From Ascoidea asiatica JCM 7603 (lineage: Eukaryota; Fungi; Ascomycota), in contig BCKQ01000012.1 in the NCBI GenBank assembly GCA_001600695.1, positions 313,779 to 357,528 on the forward strand: a DNA stretch of 43,750 bases. Direction: 5' to 3'. Below are positions 1 to 11,591 of this stretch, in pieces. Each line of letters opens with the position of its first letter. Positions within the stretch are counted from its first letter, which is position 1. The position numbers and the translations under genes were made by a program. Under the pieces are notes generated by a model that saw nothing but the letters and a program-made list of their open reading frames with translations, searched no databases and was not told where the DNA came from.

Positions 1-2111
1 ATTGTTGTAGATAATCCAATAACGCTTGATTGAGTCTGTGGCGTAGGCAAGGAGCTTATAGTTTGGTAATTTGAAGAATAAGAGCTTGATGTTGTTGGCA
101 TGCTTAAAATTGAAGATGTTGTTATTCTGCCATTCTTTGGAGTAATGGAACTCAGTAGTTCTGAGGTTATCTCTGAAGAAGAGATTGTATTACCAACAAA
201 GGATGATGAACTGGTGGATGAAATGATATTTGTATCAACAAATTTGCTGCTGCTTGAGGAAATTATGCTGGTCGTGCTTGGTTCATTCGAAATTGAAAAA
301 CTAATAGAGATACCTGAAACGATTACTCTACTAGTTGATGATGGGAAAAAAGTGCTTGAAGGCGATGGTATGGTTGTTATTTTTCTTATAGTACTGGTAA
401 TTAAACTGGATATTATATTGGAAGTTAATAAATTACCGGAGATAATCCGTGATGATATAGTTTGAGAAGGCTTGGAAACAGAGCTACTTAACACGAAATT
501 GCTTTTGATATAATAGGATGATTGTGCCATTGAAAACGGTCCTAGAGTAGATAATGTTGAGGCGAGATCAGAATTTGATGAGGAACTCAATGAGTTTGAT
601 GAAGTGCTTAATATGTTTGATTTATCCACACTTGACATATGACTTAAAACCATTGAAGTAGAAGAGCTTGCAATTGAACTGGAAATTGTTTCGATGATCG
701 AGCTTGAAGTTGAAGTGAAAACTGAATTTTTTAAATTATCAATAGCAGAACTCGAGTCAATATTTGTACGAGAATTGGAGTCTGGAAATACCATGCTGGA
801 TATTTGGATGAAAAGAGTTGAGCTCAAAGATGATATTAAAGGTCTAGAAGAAGTACTAGAAAAGTCTATAATAGCCGAAGAACTATACGAGCTAGATGAG
901 CTATATCCACCAAAAGGATAAGCCAAACTAGAAGAACTATATGTGTCTGAATTGCTTAGAGTATTTGAAGGGAATGCTAAATTGGTTGAACTAGAAAAAC
1001 TAATATAAGAACTTAGATGCGATAATGAACTGGAGGTAGATAATGAGCTGGAGGTAGATAAGGAACTGGCCAAAATGGAAGAACTGGGGTGTTGTGAAAA
1101 GTTAGACGAACTAGAAGAGGGTGAAGAAGTAGATGAACTTGATAAAGATGATTTAAATGTAGATGAAGCACTGAAAGAACTTGAGGAACTTGAAAAACCG
1201 GGAGGATAAGTAGAACTGGAAGAATATGATAAACTGGTAGTATATGATGAACTGGAAGGAAATAGTTGTCTAGAAGAACTAGAAGAACCAAAAATATACA
1301 AAGCACTTGAAGAAGCTGATGAACTTGAAGAATCTGAAAATCTTGAAATGAAATTTGAACCTATTGATGTTGAGAGTGAATAACTTGATGTCCTAATTGT
1401 CTTGGATAGTATTGTATTTGAAGAAGATGAAGAAGCAAAAGTAGAACTAGAAATAAGAATGGATGTTAATACCTTTGAACTAGATTCTATTGATAGAGGA
1501 GTTAAAATGCTTTCAGAGACTGAAATCAAAACTGCACTTGATGTAGTCGGAAATTTTGATGAGGCGTATATCCTAGAAGTGTTAATGATAGAAATTTTTG
1601 AGCTAGAAGTCTGTAAACTAGAAGACTGTAAAGTTGAAGTATCTGAGCTAGAAGTACTGGGAGTTGTTGTTGTAGTTGTTGTTTTGTGAACATAAGTAAT
1701 ATCCGAGAGTGGAGTTGTAACAGTCGCTCTACCGCAAGAAGAAGAACCAGAATCATCAGTTGTGCAAGTTTTATAAACAATAGTTGTTAAACCATCAGTG
1801 GTTGTGGAACTAGAAGTTGTATCAGTGTCAGTAGATGTTGATGTTAAAGTTATAGATACAGTGTGTGAATAAGTAGTTGTTTCGACCTCGCTTGTTGTAT
1901 AAGTACAAGTATTATCCTCGCCATCAGAATCATCAGTACACTCAGTTGTTATTGTGACTGGAGTTGTATAAGTTTCAGTGGTTAAGATACAAGTTGTTGT
2001 TGTTACTAATACAGTATGAGTATTCGTTTTGATGACAGTAATGGTAGCAGCATTGATATATTGAATTAATAAAAACCCCAATAAAAGGAAAGTAAGATTT
2101 TTAGAAATCAT
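1..2111 (-). CDS. Secreted Ser/Thr-rich cell-wall/adhesin (flocculin- or mucin-like) protein; 5' part only, runs off the window edge
   Basis: ATG at 2111 gives MISKNLTFLLLGFLLIQYINA (signal-peptide-like), then Thr-rich segments with paired Cys (TITTECTDDSDGEDNTC; YKTCTTDDSGSSSC) and long S/T-rich sequence with SSSLST repeats (~1020-1070). The same frame still reads S/T-rich at bases 3-60. It is absent from the ORF track, consistent with no stop inside the window. Confidence 0.88.
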   Translation of the reverse strand, partial: MISKNLTFLLLGFLLIQYINAATITVIKTNTHTVLVTTTTCILTTETYTTPVTITTECTDDSDGEDNTCTYTTSEVETTTYSHTVSITLTSTSTDTDTTSSSTTTDGLTTIVYKTCTTDDSGSSSCGRATVTTPLSDITYVHKTTTTTTTPSTSSSDTSTLQSSSLQTSSSKISIINTSRIYASSKFPTTSSAVLISVSESILTPLSIESSSKVLTSILISSSTFASSSSSNTILSKTIRTSSYSLSTSIGSNFISRFSDSSSSSASSSALYIFGSSSSSRQLFPSSSSYTTSLSYSSSSTYPPGFSSSSSSFSASSTFKSSLSSSSTSSPSSSSSNFSQHPSSSILASSLSTSSSLSTSSSLSHLSSYISFSSSTNLAFPSNTLSNSDTYSSSSLAYPFGGYSSSSSYSSSAIIDFSSTSSRPLISSLSSTLFIQISSMVFPDSNSRTNIDSSSAIDNLKNSVFTSTSSSIIETISSSIASSSTSMVLSHMSSVDKSNILSTSSNSLSSSSNSDLASTLSTLGPFSMAQSSYYIKSNFVLSSSVSKPSQTISSRIISGNLLTSNIISSLITSTIRKITTIPSPSSTFFPSSTSRVIVSGISISFSISNEPSTTSIISSSSSKFVDTNIISSTSSSSFVGNTISSSEITSELLSSITPKNGRITTSSILSMPTTSSSYSSNYQTISSLPTPQTQSSVIGLSTT

Positions 2112-3257
2112 TATTAGATTAGTAAACTAATAAGATTAATTAAATTTTAAGAATGGTGAAATAATTGAAAAGAAATAAGTTTGAAAGATTGAATAAAGTT
2201 ATATTATTAAATGATATTTGAAATTTTATTACTTGAAAAATAAAAACAATAAAAAAAAGAAAAGATATCATTAGAAATTTATATTGAACTGGAAGATGAA
2301 AATTGAATGAAACAAAATTAATAGAAACCTAGAAGAAAGGTAAAACATAATATTTTGCTGAGTGTTTTTATGAATATTATAGTTTGTCATTATTCTATTT
2401 AGTTGTTCAGACGTTAAAATGAGTTTCAATTACACAAATTCCTGAATAGAGAAGTATAAATTAAGTTAGAAAGACGTTATGATTGTGCATTGTCAATCAA
2501 AGAATAAAAGCATAGGTTGGGAAATGAATGCATGGAATCAGCATTTTCATTCATTAGAAGAAAGCTTGATGAAATATAGTAAGGTCTTCTCAACCAAAGT
2601 GAAAACTTTAGATTCAAAGCCCATTTTAAAGGGAAGAAAAATGCAAATTGAAAGGAAAAATTACTTTCCTAATTGGGAACTCAAAGGATATTTGTATACT
2701 AAAATTTGCAGTAATGTTCCACAACAATAATGCAATAAGACTAACTTCTAGAAGAATAATTTTGAATTGTGTAGTTAAAATTAATTATTCAAATCCAATT
2801 TCAATGCTAATCACAATTTCTTTGAGTTACGATGGTCAATTATATAATTATTTTGTTATATTTTTGTTTATTTTTTTATTATCGGTAATGATTTTGTCTA
2901 TTTTAGTAGGAGAGATAATAATTGACTAATGATTGTTTTGAAAATTGGGTGATTTATGTTTCTTTTTTCATTTTTATTTTGATGAACTAAACAATATCAA
3001 ATTGAAACTCAATCTATTAACCCGAACTTTTCAATTGAGATTTTAATCTCTCAATGGAGTTAACATCTCAATAGAATCTTAATTTATAAAGTATATTGCC
3101 TATTATTTATTCAGAAACTGTAACTTCCTAAAAGGGAATTACCGATTTCCATCCACCGAAATTGATGGAGCCCTTCTTTTTTTAATGGGGTTACAAATTA
3201 CATTTACTGGGCTCTTAATAAAAATATGGTCACCTGCTACTTTTATTAGGTCAGAGA

Positions 3258-3360
3258 TGAGTCAGCTTATACGCTCACGTGATGTTCCTTTTTTGTTGTG
3301 CGTTGCACAAATATGTGCTTCTATGCATACGTGCCTGTTCTAAATATAGATACACGTGAC
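3258..3360. promoter_or_regulatory. Candidate Gcn4/AP-1 site and two CACGTG E-boxes (Cbf1/Tye7/Pho4 type) in the divergent promoter
   Basis: TGAGTCA 3258-3264, TCACGTGA 3275-3282 and CACGTGAC 3353-3360 in a locally GC-rich patch. Motif match only. Confidence 0.45.
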
Positions 3361-3635
3361 CCTCCTTTTTTTTTCTCTTTCCTGTCCTGTTATTTCCACA
3401 ATTAAATTACAATATTCCATCACCCAGTACAATAGAATTCTGTAAACAACTGAAGCAAATCTGGTTTTTATTCTTCTGAGTAACGTAACCTATCCAAAAC
3501 AATCCAAAAACATCACAAATCAAAATATCTGACCCCATTCTAAATGATTAGATATTTGAAAATCATAAATTAATATAAAATAAAATATATAAATAACTTA
3601 TAAAGGATATAGATAATATATATATTTGAGAAACA

Positions 3636-5549
3636 ATGTCTTCAACAAATCAAGATCTCGATAATAATAATATAATGTCCACTACAACCCCAACTTCAAC
3701 TTCAACTTCTTCAAATTCTGCTTCGGTTGCAACAACTGCAAATCAAGCTACTTCTAATACAAATTCTAATACAAATTCAAAAAGGTTTTCAAATATTTCA
3801 ATAACTTCTTCAAAATCAAATTTAATTCCAAGCTTAAGAAATTCTTATAGATTAGATTCAAGATTTAATGAAAATATTTCTAGTATTATTGAAATCTATG
3901 ATTTAATTTCCGTTAAAGATTTCGGTTATAATGATGATGATCCTTTACATTATGGATTATCAAATTATGAATTATATTTAAATAATCAATTAACTAATTC
4001 TCAGTTAAATTATTTCAATTCTCTTCAAAATAATAATAATAACAATAATAATAATCAGAATTCTTCTTTCCAGAATAATTTAAATATGATAAATTTAAAA
4101 GAAATTGATGAAGAATTGGAATTACAGAGGAATAATGATGAAGATTTCATAAGTAATAATATAAGCAATAGCAATACTAATAATAATAACAATATAAGTA
4201 ATAAATTAATAAATAATGTAAATCAGTTTGAAATTCAGGATTTGGAAGATGTAAATGAAGAAGATGAATCTGATTCAATATTACCACATAATAATGATAA
4301 TAATAGTAATAACAACAAAACTAATTCCGATTCTAATGATATGAACATGGATAATGACCTTAATAATGATATAGACAATGAAATAGATAATGATATTGAT
4401 AGTAATTTAGATAATGATATTGTTGATGATGAAGATGATTTAATTCAAGCTTATGCATTATATGATTTCGTACCGGAAAATGATAATGAAATTCAATTAA
4501 ATTATGGACAATTAATTTATATTGCATATAAACATGGACAAGGTTGGTTAGTTGCTCAAGATCCAATTAATGGTAAAACTGGTTTAGTTCCAGAACAATA
4601 CGTTGAAATAATTCCAAAAGATTCAAGCTTAAATGAACAATTTAATCAATTTCAATCAAATCAATCAAATCAATTCAATTCAAATTTAAAAAATAATAAT
4701 TTAAATAATTCAAATTCAAAAAGAAATTCAAAATATTCAATTAAAAATTCTAAAAATTCATCAAAAAGAAATTCTAAATACTCCATTAAAAATTCAAGAA
4801 ATTCTTCCAAAAGAAATTCAAAATATTCCGTTAAATCAATTTCAAATAATAATAAAAATTCAAATAAAATTTTACCAAATGATTTAAGTTTAAATAGTAT
4901 AGATTCTGAAATATCGGATTTACAAATTGATCCAAATGATTTAAAACCATTTTTACCTGATATATTCAATTCAAATTCAAATTCTGAATTAAATTTAGAT
5001 TCAAATTTATTGAATTTATCAAATTCATCAAATGATTTGAATAATACAACTCCAACTAAAAATAATAGTACTAATAATATTAATACTAATAGAATATCGA
5101 GTGATTTCAAGTTTAATTTCAATTTCAACAATTCAAAGTATAATTTTAGTAAAGATTTGAATCAAAATAAATCATATACTAATACTGATAATATAAATGA
5201 TACAAATGATGCTATAGATACTAAAGAAACAAAATCAAATGATAATCAAACTAATGCAAGCGATAATACTCTCAACTCAAATACTTCTAAAATTGTTGAT
5301 AGTAATAAAATAATACATAAGTAACAGTATTCAATCTTAGATTCAAATGAAGATGAATGGATTGAAGTATCTGATAATGAAAATGAAACCAAGAAGAACT
5401 CAGATAATAGCAATAAGGACAATAATAATGCTAAGAACACTATTGAGAAGAGTTTGAATCCAAACCAGGATCTAAATCTTAACAAAACCAAAAGACAATT
5501 ATCTGAAAATGAATTACTCAATAAACTAAACCAATTAGAGTTAAAATAG
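3636..5549 (+). CDS. NBP2: Nbp2 SH3 adaptor (HOG pathway, Ptc1-Pbs2). First stop at 5322-5324; the frame continues to TAG 5547-5549
   Basis: SH3 domain AYALYDFVPENDNEIQLNYGQLIYIAYKHGQGWLVA...KTGLVPEQYV and N-terminal ISVKDFGYNDDDPLHYG motif, both characteristic of Nbp2. The true C-terminus is uncertain (see findings). Confidence 0.9.
4708..4838 (+). repeat. Three ~42-bp coding tandem repeats in NBP2 (NSSKRNSKYSIKNS)
   Basis: Visible in both translation and DNA; copies differ mostly at synonymous positions. Confidence 0.85.
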
Positions 5550-6206
5550 TTTTTTTTTTCTTTCAACTTTCTCTATATTTTTTAACTAATTTATCAATCA
5601 CATTAATATTAACATTAACCCTATTCAGTATTTAATACCGATTTCTTTTTTTTTCACCAATTACTATTTTGTTTTATATTTTCAATTGTTTATTTTATTG
5701 TTAACTATTAACATTCTGTTTTCTGCATTTTTATTCGTTTGCTTAGTTCATTTACTGAGTTGATTTACTTAGTTCTTTCTTACTCTATTTTACTTTACTT
5801 TACTTTACACTCTGTACTTTTTTTTTGTTAATCTCTTTTAAATTTTGTTAATAGTTAATTATATTTGTTTTTTTCAATCTCTGTAAATTATGATCATAAT
5901 CATTTATCAGACTCTGAGATATTTCAACCCAGAAGCAGAAGCATCAAAAACACCATCTTTTTTCCAGGCAGCCAACACCAGAAACAAAGACAGTCACGTG
6001 TGCTACTTCGAGTTCTAAAATTATTTCAACCCAACCGCCCAAAGAAAAACAAATGAGGAGCAGAAATCAATTTCAGCTGAGAAATAAACAAGAACCAGAA
6101 GAACAAGATAAGACAGAAACAACCTTCTTTATCTTTATGAACTACAAGAAAAGACAACAGTGTTTGATATTTAATATTTTGATTTAAGAATATATAATCT
6201 TTAGAA

Positions 6207-7484
6207 ATGTCCAACTTTTTAGCTAATCAGGATAACCAGCAGTCTCAACTGCATGCTAATGGCTATTATCAGTCCAATGAAGAAACTTATCTCTTAAATC
6301 AGTATCTTCAGCAGAGTCATCAACAACAACAGCAGTCTGTAGGTCAAGAAGTTTATGATGTTAGTAATATTTCAAATCTTCCAAATATACCAAATATATC
6401 AAATATTCCAAATATACCTAATATTTCAAATATACCAAATCAATCACAATCTCCACCACCAAATTCATCTCAAAATAATAATACTTCTGCAAATGTTGAA
6501 AATAATTCTTCTCAAGAACAACCATTTTATGTAAATGCAAAACAATATCATAGAATTTTAAAAAGAAGAATTGCTAGAGCTAAATTAGAAGAAACTTTAA
6601 AAGTTCAAAGAGGTAGAAAACCATATTTACATGAATCAAGACATAAACATGCAATGAGAAGACCAAGAGGTCAAGGTGGTAGATTTTTAACTGCTAGTGA
6701 AATTGCAGAAAGAGAAAAACAAGAAGAAATAAAAAAAAAAAAATTAATTAAAGATTTAGAAAATAAGTTAAATAATAATATTAATAATGAAAATGAAAAT
6801 AATAAAAATAGCAAAGATAGTAATATTATTGATAATAGTCAAATTGAAAATACGACACAAGTGAGTAATAATGAATCAGTCTTAAATTTAAATATAAATA
6901 CAGAAGTTATCAATGACTCAATTACAAACTTGAATACTGATACTATTCCAAATGCAAATACAAACACAAATGCAAATACAAATACAAATACAGATGAAAA
7001 TGAAAATGAAAATGAAAAGGAAAATGAAAGGAAAAAGGAAAGCTCAACTTTAAATTCAAATACAAATAAAGACTTAAATGCAAATGTAATTTCTAGTATA
7101 AATAAAGAAATACCTAATGAAGCTCCAATTCAATCTTCAAATGAGACAAATAAAAATATATCCGATAATAATAATAATGACAATAATGTCTTAAATTCAA
7201 TAGTGAAAACAGATCAGGAAAAAAGTTCTAGTGAAATTGAAGAAAAGAATATTGATCCACAAGAAAAGACTGAAATTATTGAAATTACTGAAAGTTATGG
7301 AAGTAATGAAAGTAATGAAAGTAATGAAAGTAATGAAAGTAATGAAAATAATGAAAATAATAAAATTAATGAAGAAACCAAAATTTCTGAAGAAAAGGAA
7401 CCTGAAAAATCAGTAAATGAAAATGTAAGTTCGATTCCTGTGAATGATAACGAAAATTCAAATTCTGATCAAAATAAAATCTAA
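6207..7484 (+). CDS. HAP2: CCAAT-binding complex subunit Hap2 (NF-YA)
   Basis: [26 protein letters not shown]...[26 protein letters not shown] core domain with low-complexity flanks. Confidence 0.97.
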   Translation: MSNFLANQDNQQSQLHANGYYQSNEETYLLNQYLQQSHQQQQQSVGQEVYDVSNISNLPNIPNISNIPNIPNISNIPNQSQSPPPNSSQNNNTSANVENNSSQEQPFYVNAKQYHRILKRRIARAKLEETLKVQRGRKPYLHESRHKHAMRRPRGQGGRFLTASEIAEREKQEEIKKKKLIKDLENKLNNNINNENENNKNSKDSNIIDNSQIENTTQVSNNESVLNLNINTEVINDSITNLNTDTIPNANTNTNANTNTNTDENENENEKENERKKESSTLNSNTNKDLNANVISSINKEIPNEAPIQSSNETNKNISDNNNNDNNVLNSIVKTDQEKSSSEIEEKNIDPQEKTEIIEITESYGSNESNESNESNESNENNENNKINEETKISEEKEPEKSVNENVSSIPVNDNENSNSDQNKI

Positions 7485-7741
7485 TTCCATTGTACTTTTT
7501 TAAGTATCTTAACTTTGAGATACTAATTTTTAGTTTTCTTTAGTTCTTTTATACTATTCTTTATATTTATATATTATATTCTTGACTTATATTCTTGATT
7601 AATATTTTTAATTGATATTTTCAATTAATATTTTTATTTTTTTTTTTTCAAAATTATAACCCCTATATAAATATATATTCAGTATATATGTATTATTATT
7701 ATTATTATTATTAAATTTTTATTATTTTTTAATGAATTTAT

Positions 7742-8503
7742 TTATACTTCTAATGAATTCATTTTATCCTTTAATTGATCAATACCAGAAGTATAAGCTA
7801 AACCTTTTTCAAATAATTCTCTACCAGTTAATTTTCCTTGATGTAATAATTTTAATCTTTCTTCTTCTCTATTATTTAAACCAAATTTTTCTCTATATTC
7901 TTTTCTCCATTCATTAAAATTTTCAACAATTATTTTTGTACCAATAAATTTTTTATTTTCAATTAATTCTCTTTCTCTTAATTTTTTTTCTTCTTCTTTT
8001 TCAATAATATCTAAATTTTTTTGAAATAAAATTTCACCTTTTTCTTTTAAAATTGATGTTAAAGTAAAAATTAAAGGCATACCTAAATTTTCATTTGCTT
8101 CATTATAAATTTCATTTAATAAAGTTTTTAAATCATAATTTGAAAATTCAACAATTTCAGAAGCAATTAATGGTTTTTTTTTACCAGAATCAAATTCATC
8201 TTGTTCTCCATCATTATTTTCAAAATCTGAATCTTCTTCATTATTTGAATATTCTTCTTCAGAATCTTCATTATTATTTTCATTATCATTATTTTCATCA
8301 TCAATCGTTATATTTAAATCAGGTAATTCATTTGGATAATTAGGTGTATAATGAACATTTAATTTTAATCTATGTTTTCTTTCACTTGAAGTATCTAATA
8401 ATAAAGATATTGAAAAATCAGTATTACTTTTTTTAACTAATTCATCTGGATATATAGATTCTAAAATCTCTAATTCTTGAGTTTGCTCTTCTATTGGGTC
8501 CAT
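7742..8503 (-). CDS. GIR2: RWD-domain protein Gir2 (DFRP2)
   Basis: MDPIEEQTQELEILESIYPDE, YPNELP, LGMPLIFTL, GKLTGRELFE. The likely start is the Met at 8503 rather than 8554. Confidence 0.93.
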   Translation of the reverse strand: MDPIEEQTQELEILESIYPDELVKKSNTDFSISLLLDTSSERKHRLKLNVHYTPNYPNELPDLNITIDDENNDNENNNEDSEEEYSNNEEDSDFENNDGEQDEFDSGKKKPLIASEIVEFSNYDLKTLLNEIYNEANENLGMPLIFTLTSILKEKGEILFQKNLDIIEKEEEKKLRERELIENKKFIGTKIIVENFNEWRKEYREKFGLNNREEERLKLLHQGKLTGRELFEKGLAYTSGIDQLKDKMNSLEV

Positions 8504-8828
8504 TTGAAATATATATTTAAAAGATTTTTTCTTATTTTTTAGATTATAATTCATAAAGTTATTATTATTAAGTTGATTTATTTAATTTGATCTAATTCAA
8601 GTCGACTTCTTATTACTTTTCTTATTTTTGTTTGCTAAGTAAATTTTAAAGGGCGGTAAAAAATGAAATAAAAAACCCTTTCCATAGTTAAGACAACAAC
8701 TCATAATGAAAAATGTAATTGAATAGAGATTATGAATTCAATCAAATCTATTTAAATTATTAATTTTATTATTAAGTTTCAAAATATTTTGAGAAAAAGA
8801 ATAATAAAAAGAAAAAGAAGTAAATGAA

Positions 8829-8929
8829 ATGAATTTTGATGATCTTTTGAATCTTGAAGAAACGTAAGTAATTAGTATTATTGTTATTATTATTTATTAA
8901 ACTAATAAGATAAATAATTTCTAACATAT

Positions 8930-8975
<46 letters not shown>

Positions 8976-9471
8976 AAAATAATTAAGTTATTATAAAGAT
9001 GGTTTTAAAGAAGGTTTAGAAGAATCAAATAAAAAAAATTATATTGATGGAAAACAATATGGTTTACAAACTGGATTTCAAAGATATTTAAGAATTGGAA
9101 TTATTAAAGGATATTTAAAATCATTAAAAAATTATTATAAAGAAAATGAAAATATTAAAGATTCAAAAGAAAATATGAATATAATAAAAAATATAAATGA
9201 ATTAAATAAATATATAAATGAATTTATTAATAATAATGAAATTTCAAATGAAAATGAAGATGTTAAATTTTTAGATTTAATTTTATTAAAATCAAGAAAT
9301 AAACTTAGATTAATAAATTATATTATAAATAAAAAAAATAAGATAAAATTTGAAGAAAAAATTGATGAAAAAAATTTAAAAAATTTAGAATTAATAAAAT
9401 CTTTAGATAATTTAGTTTTTGAAATTTCTGGAGAATTAAATATTAAAATAGATTTAGAAAAATCATGGTAA
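8829..9471 (+). CDS. LTO1: Lto1 (ORAOV1 family; Yae1-Lto1 adaptor for Rli1 Fe-S maturation); exons 8829-8863 and 8988-9471, 172 aa
   Basis: Splicing GTAAGT(8864)...AAG(8987) gives MNFDDLLNLEETYYKDGFKEGLEESNKKNYIDGKQYGLQTGFQRYLRIG, the GX3-repeat N-terminus of Lto1, in frame with track ORF 9175-9471. Confidence 0.92.
8864..8987 (+). other. 124-nt spliceosomal intron of LTO1 containing a (TA)n microsatellite
   Basis: 5'SS GTAAGT, branch-like TTCTAAC 8919-8925, (AT)n ~8932-8971, 3'SS AAG. Removal restores the conserved frame. Confidence 0.88.
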
Positions 9472-9575
9472 ATTTACAATATATGAATATAATTGAATCT
9501 ATTTATTAATGAAGGGAAAGAAAGAGAAGTAAAAGGAAAATGAAAAAACTAGAATATAAAGAATGAAGATGAAAA

Positions 9576-10682
9576 CTATTTAGGTAAATCATTTGTATCA
9601 GTTGATTTTGAAATCATTTTTGGTTTAATAATAGTTGTAATATTGGAATTTATATTAGTAAAATCTTTAGTAGTAATAGTATTGATTGAATCATTATTTA
9701 AAATAATTTTATTAATATTTTGTAAATTCATTTGTTTTTTATTTTCAATTAATCTTAATAAATTTCTTAATAACATTGCAATTGTAACTTTACCAATTTT
9801 AGGTACATATAAAGAAGCTTTTTGATTAATATCATCATTAAAATTATTTTCACTTGAAAAATTTATACAAATGGTACCATCTTTAATATAATTTGTTGGA
9901 AATTTATATGATTTTGAAGGTACACCAGTTATTATAACATCAGAAATATTTGAAATTTGTTTTAAATTTAAATTTTTAACATCTTCAATTTGATGTTTAA
10001 TTAATTTTAAACCTTGACCTCTTGTAAATTTTTGAATACCTGTTAAATCAATTGAATAAACAATTGCACCATCATTTGCTAATAAAGCAGCTAATGGTCT
10101 ACCAACAATTTCACTTCTATTAATAATTGTAATAGTTTTACCATATAATTTATTACCATAATTTAATAAATTATTATAAACTCCAAGATATTCTAAAATT
10201 TTAATAATTGCTAATGGAGTACATGGAATTATTGATTTTAAATTTTTATTATTATTTAAAAATCTTATATTATGATACATATTTTGAATATAATGATGAT
10301 TTAAACCTTCAATATCTTTTTCAATATTTACAACTTCTTGTAAATATTGATCTTGTCTATCACCAAATACAGGAAAATAAATCATTATACCATCAATTGA
10401 ATCATCATTATTTGCAATAATAATTTCTTCTTCTAATTTATCTTTTGTAACTTCTTTTAATTCATAATTAAAACCAATTGATTTACTTGTTTTACTTGTC
10501 CAATTTGCATAAATTTTTGCAGCTGGATCATTTGAAGCTAAAAAACCAATTAATTTTGGTGATTTATTTAATAATTTAACATTATTTGAAATTTCATTAA
10601 TATAATTTTTTGCAATATTATTTGCAAAAATTGTTTTACCTGCATTATTTAAAACTTTTTTTAAAACTTGAACTGAAGTCAT
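9576..10682 (-). CDS. MTD1: NAD-dependent methylenetetrahydrofolate dehydrogenase
   Basis: KLIGFLASNDPAAKIYANWT, DGIMIYFPVFGDRQDQYLQ, IIPCTPLAIIKILE, INRSEIVGRPLAALLANDGA, IGKVTIAMLLRN. Confidence 0.96.
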   Translation of the reverse strand: MTSVQVLKKVLNNAGKTIFANNIAKNYINEISNNVKLLNKSPKLIGFLASNDPAAKIYANWTSKTSKSIGFNYELKEVTKDKLEEEIIIANNDDSIDGIMIYFPVFGDRQDQYLQEVVNIEKDIEGLNHHYIQNMYHNIRFLNNNKNLKSIIPCTPLAIIKILEYLGVYNNLLNYGNKLYGKTITIINRSEIVGRPLAALLANDGAIVYSIDLTGIQKFTRGQGLKLIKHQIEDVKNLNLKQISNISDVIITGVPSKSYKFPTNYIKDGTICINFSSENNFNDDINQKASLYVPKIGKVTIAMLLRNLLRLIENKKQMNLQNINKIILNNDSINTITTKDFTNINSNITTIIKPKMISKSTDTNDLPK

Positions 10683-10871
10683 TTTTAAAAAAAAAAGATA
10701 TAATATAGTATTATATGGTAAAGTTATATGCTTTAGATAAATATATGATAAATATACGATAAATATAATAAATATATTACATTTTCAATCAATTTTCAAA
10801 AAAGAACAATCAATTTAAATAAAGTAAATATAATAAAACTTAATAGAAGAAACTAATAACTTTATATTCTA

Positions 10872-10888
10872 AAAATTTTTCACTCATC
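10872..10888 (-). promoter_or_regulatory. Adjacent RRPE-like and PAC-core motifs upstream of MTD1
   Basis: AAAATTTTTCA immediately followed by CTCATC, about 190 bp upstream of the ATG. Confidence 0.45.
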
Positions 10889-11591
10889 TTTTTTTTTGCA
10901 ACTTTTTTTTACTTTTTTTTTTTCTCTCTCTATTATTATTCATTATTTAGTCTTAATAGTATTAGTATTAGTATTAGTATTAGTATTAGTATTAGTATGC
11001 TGCTTTAGTAAGTTAATAAAATTTTTGAGTGCTTTTAAGGGCTTTTTGTCTGTTTGGTGAAGAAATAAGAAATATTTGCAAATTACGCGTGTTTTTGCAG
11101 TGTTTTTGCTGGTTCACTTCGAGTATTTCGCTTTTCTTCAATTGCTCAGGTGAAAAATGTGTCATTCTTCAGAGTTAAGGAAGTATTAAGTAGTAGTTAG
11201 TTAGTTAGTAGTTGGTCAGTAGTTAGTCAGCCAGTATGGTATCTTTCTTCTCTCTTCTCTCTTCTCTCTTCTTTCTTCTTTCTTCTTTCGTGTTTCTGTT
11301 TGTGTCGCTTAAAAGACAATTTGTGAACAGTGCAATCACCTGACTACACCTGCTCGTTACTGCTGTGATTTGTTAGTTGCCTTCAGTATCGGCTAAAGCT
11401 CAGCGATAAAAAATATTAATTAAATACAGAAATAATTATTGTTATTGTTATTGTTATTGTTATTGTTATTGCAGTGACTGATTCTGATTCTGATTCTAAT
11501 GACAAGAAGAAAGCAAAGAGCAAGAAGAGTAAAAGAAAAGTAAATATCTATTAATTGAATATCAATATCAATATCAATGTCATCTATTCAA

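Noticed and set aside
100-1780. Track ORFs 100-465, 694-921, 1402-1689 (+) and 1013-1306, 1526-1780 (-)
   Set aside because: Antisense or off-frame shadows of the long S/T-rich minus-strand gene.
2479-2929. Short ORFs 2479-2730 and 2648-2929
   Set aside because: No recognisable motifs; they lie in the long upstream region of the cell-wall gene.
6053-6187. 44-codon ATG-initiated ORF ending just upstream of HAP2
   Set aside because: Could be a uORF, but the transcript start is unknown and the length is compatible with chance.
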